64,000 nt of DNA. It comes from Terriglobia bacterium (GTDB taxonomy: Bacteria > Acidobacteriota > Terriglobia > 20CM-2-55-15). The stretch's first letter is position 1; each line of letters starts with the position of its first letter. Below are positions 63,197 through 64,000 of this stretch, piece after piece. The notes under the pieces are model-generated. The model was not told the origin of the DNA. It saw only the letters and a list, made by a program, of their open reading frames with translations, and searched no databases. The DNA is taken from NCBI GenBank assembly GCA_965218585.1, contig CBDCLE010000008.1:18763-82762 (forward strand). Reading direction: 5' to 3'. A program made the position numbers and the translations under genes.

Positions 63197-64000
63197 TGAA
63201 GCTCGGAGCTTAACGTTTCAGATTCCGCGTACTCCGGCCAATATCGGTTTTCGGTGGGGCCGACTTCAAGCTGGATCGACTCGTCCCTCATTGCCTCGGC
63301 CAGCGCTTGTTCTTTTGCCGGATCGATCCACCACAGGGCTAGGGGATCCGAGTAGTCACCCAAGCGTGTTATGGAACCCTCAGGTGTCCCGAACTTGTTC
63401 AGGTATGCGAATCGCTGATACGGCGCGTACCAGGACAGTATGAAAGGATAGGTGTCAGCCATTATGCCGTCGATTTCGCGGATCGCGGCGACACGATCAT
63501 CGACATCGAACATCACGTCATATTCGCCAAGGATCTCGTCGATCCGGTCGTTCTTGATGCCTGTGATGTTATTGGAGTTGTCCTGGTCCGCCAGGCTGGA
63601 ATGGACAGACGTTTCAGGATTAGGAAATACGAGGCCGTTATAGGCGATCGTGACCATGTCGAAGTTGCGGTCATCTAGCAACTGAACCAGCGTCGCGAAC
63701 GTCACGAGCCGGAGGTTCAAACCTATGCCGACCCGCCTCAGGTCTTCCTGGAAGACTGTGAGATAGGGTTCCTGGGTGTTGGAGTAGTAGATGAGCTCTA
63801 TGTTGAGGGGCTGGCTGTTCTTCAGCAGCCGGCCCTGGTTGTCCCGGCTATCCCAGCCGGCTTCGGCGAGTAGCGCGAGAGCCCGTTCGGGGTCGTAAGG
63901 ATTCTTCGGGTTGTTTGGGTTTTCGTAGATGCCACCTGCGTAGTAGGAGTTCTGCGGAAAGTATTCGTTGTAGAAAAGGTTTTCGATCATCTGCTCCCGA
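63193..64000 (-). CDS. Peptide ABC transporter substrate-binding protein (YejA-like), 5' end outside window
   Basis: YDPERA..LL.EAGW, L...GI...LR, NN..G..N..ID, WWID C-terminal region. Confidence 0.85.
   Translation of the reverse strand, partial: REQMIENLFYNEYFPQNSYYAGGIYENPNNPKNPYDPERALALLAEAGWDSRDNQGRLLKNSQPLNIELIYYSNTQEPYLTVFQEDLRRVGIGLNLRLVTFATLVQLLDDRNFDMVTIAYNGLVFPNPETSVHSSLADQDNSNNITGIKNDRIDEILGEYDVMFDVDDRVAAIREIDGIMADTYPFILSWYAPYQRFAYLNKFGTPEGSITRLGDYSDPLALWWIDPAKEQALAEAMRDESIQLEVGPTENRYWPEYAESETLSSELQ

Overview
GC-rich diderm bacterial chromosome segment; gene style suggests Acidobacteriota (inference, no search run). Most of it is housekeeping: selB 3' part, tatA, rqcH, lptD, hemB-hemL, rlpA, tesA/ybbAP, murB, mrp, dcd, HU, LysR-gltBD, lysC, an A1-type cytochrome c oxidase operon and a Yej/Opp-type peptide ABC transporter. 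Four things stand out. (1) A lipid operon (HAD-IB, LarA-like protein, stand-alone fatty acyl-CoA reductase, SDR, DAG-kinase-like, plus a convergent PlsY) that resembles a remodelled elbBCDE ether-lipid cluster lacking the ElbD ligase, ACP and acyltransferase domains. (2) A fully delimited 3.0-kb IS1595 element (23-bp IRs, 8-bp TSD) carrying an ABC-type ATPase and a TOPRIM-like/DUF3226 gene, a candidate anti-phage module; it sits next to an IS5-family element, and both are inserted in the last codons of an SRPBCC gene. (3) Two copies of an unannotated ~170-nt structured element. (4) A sigma54 + IHF promoter upstream of a sensor-less diguanylate cyclase. Several genes look leaderless, several REP-like repeat families occur, and four single-base frameshifts in conserved genes suggest assembly indel errors. 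No rRNA, tRNA or CRISPR array was recognised.
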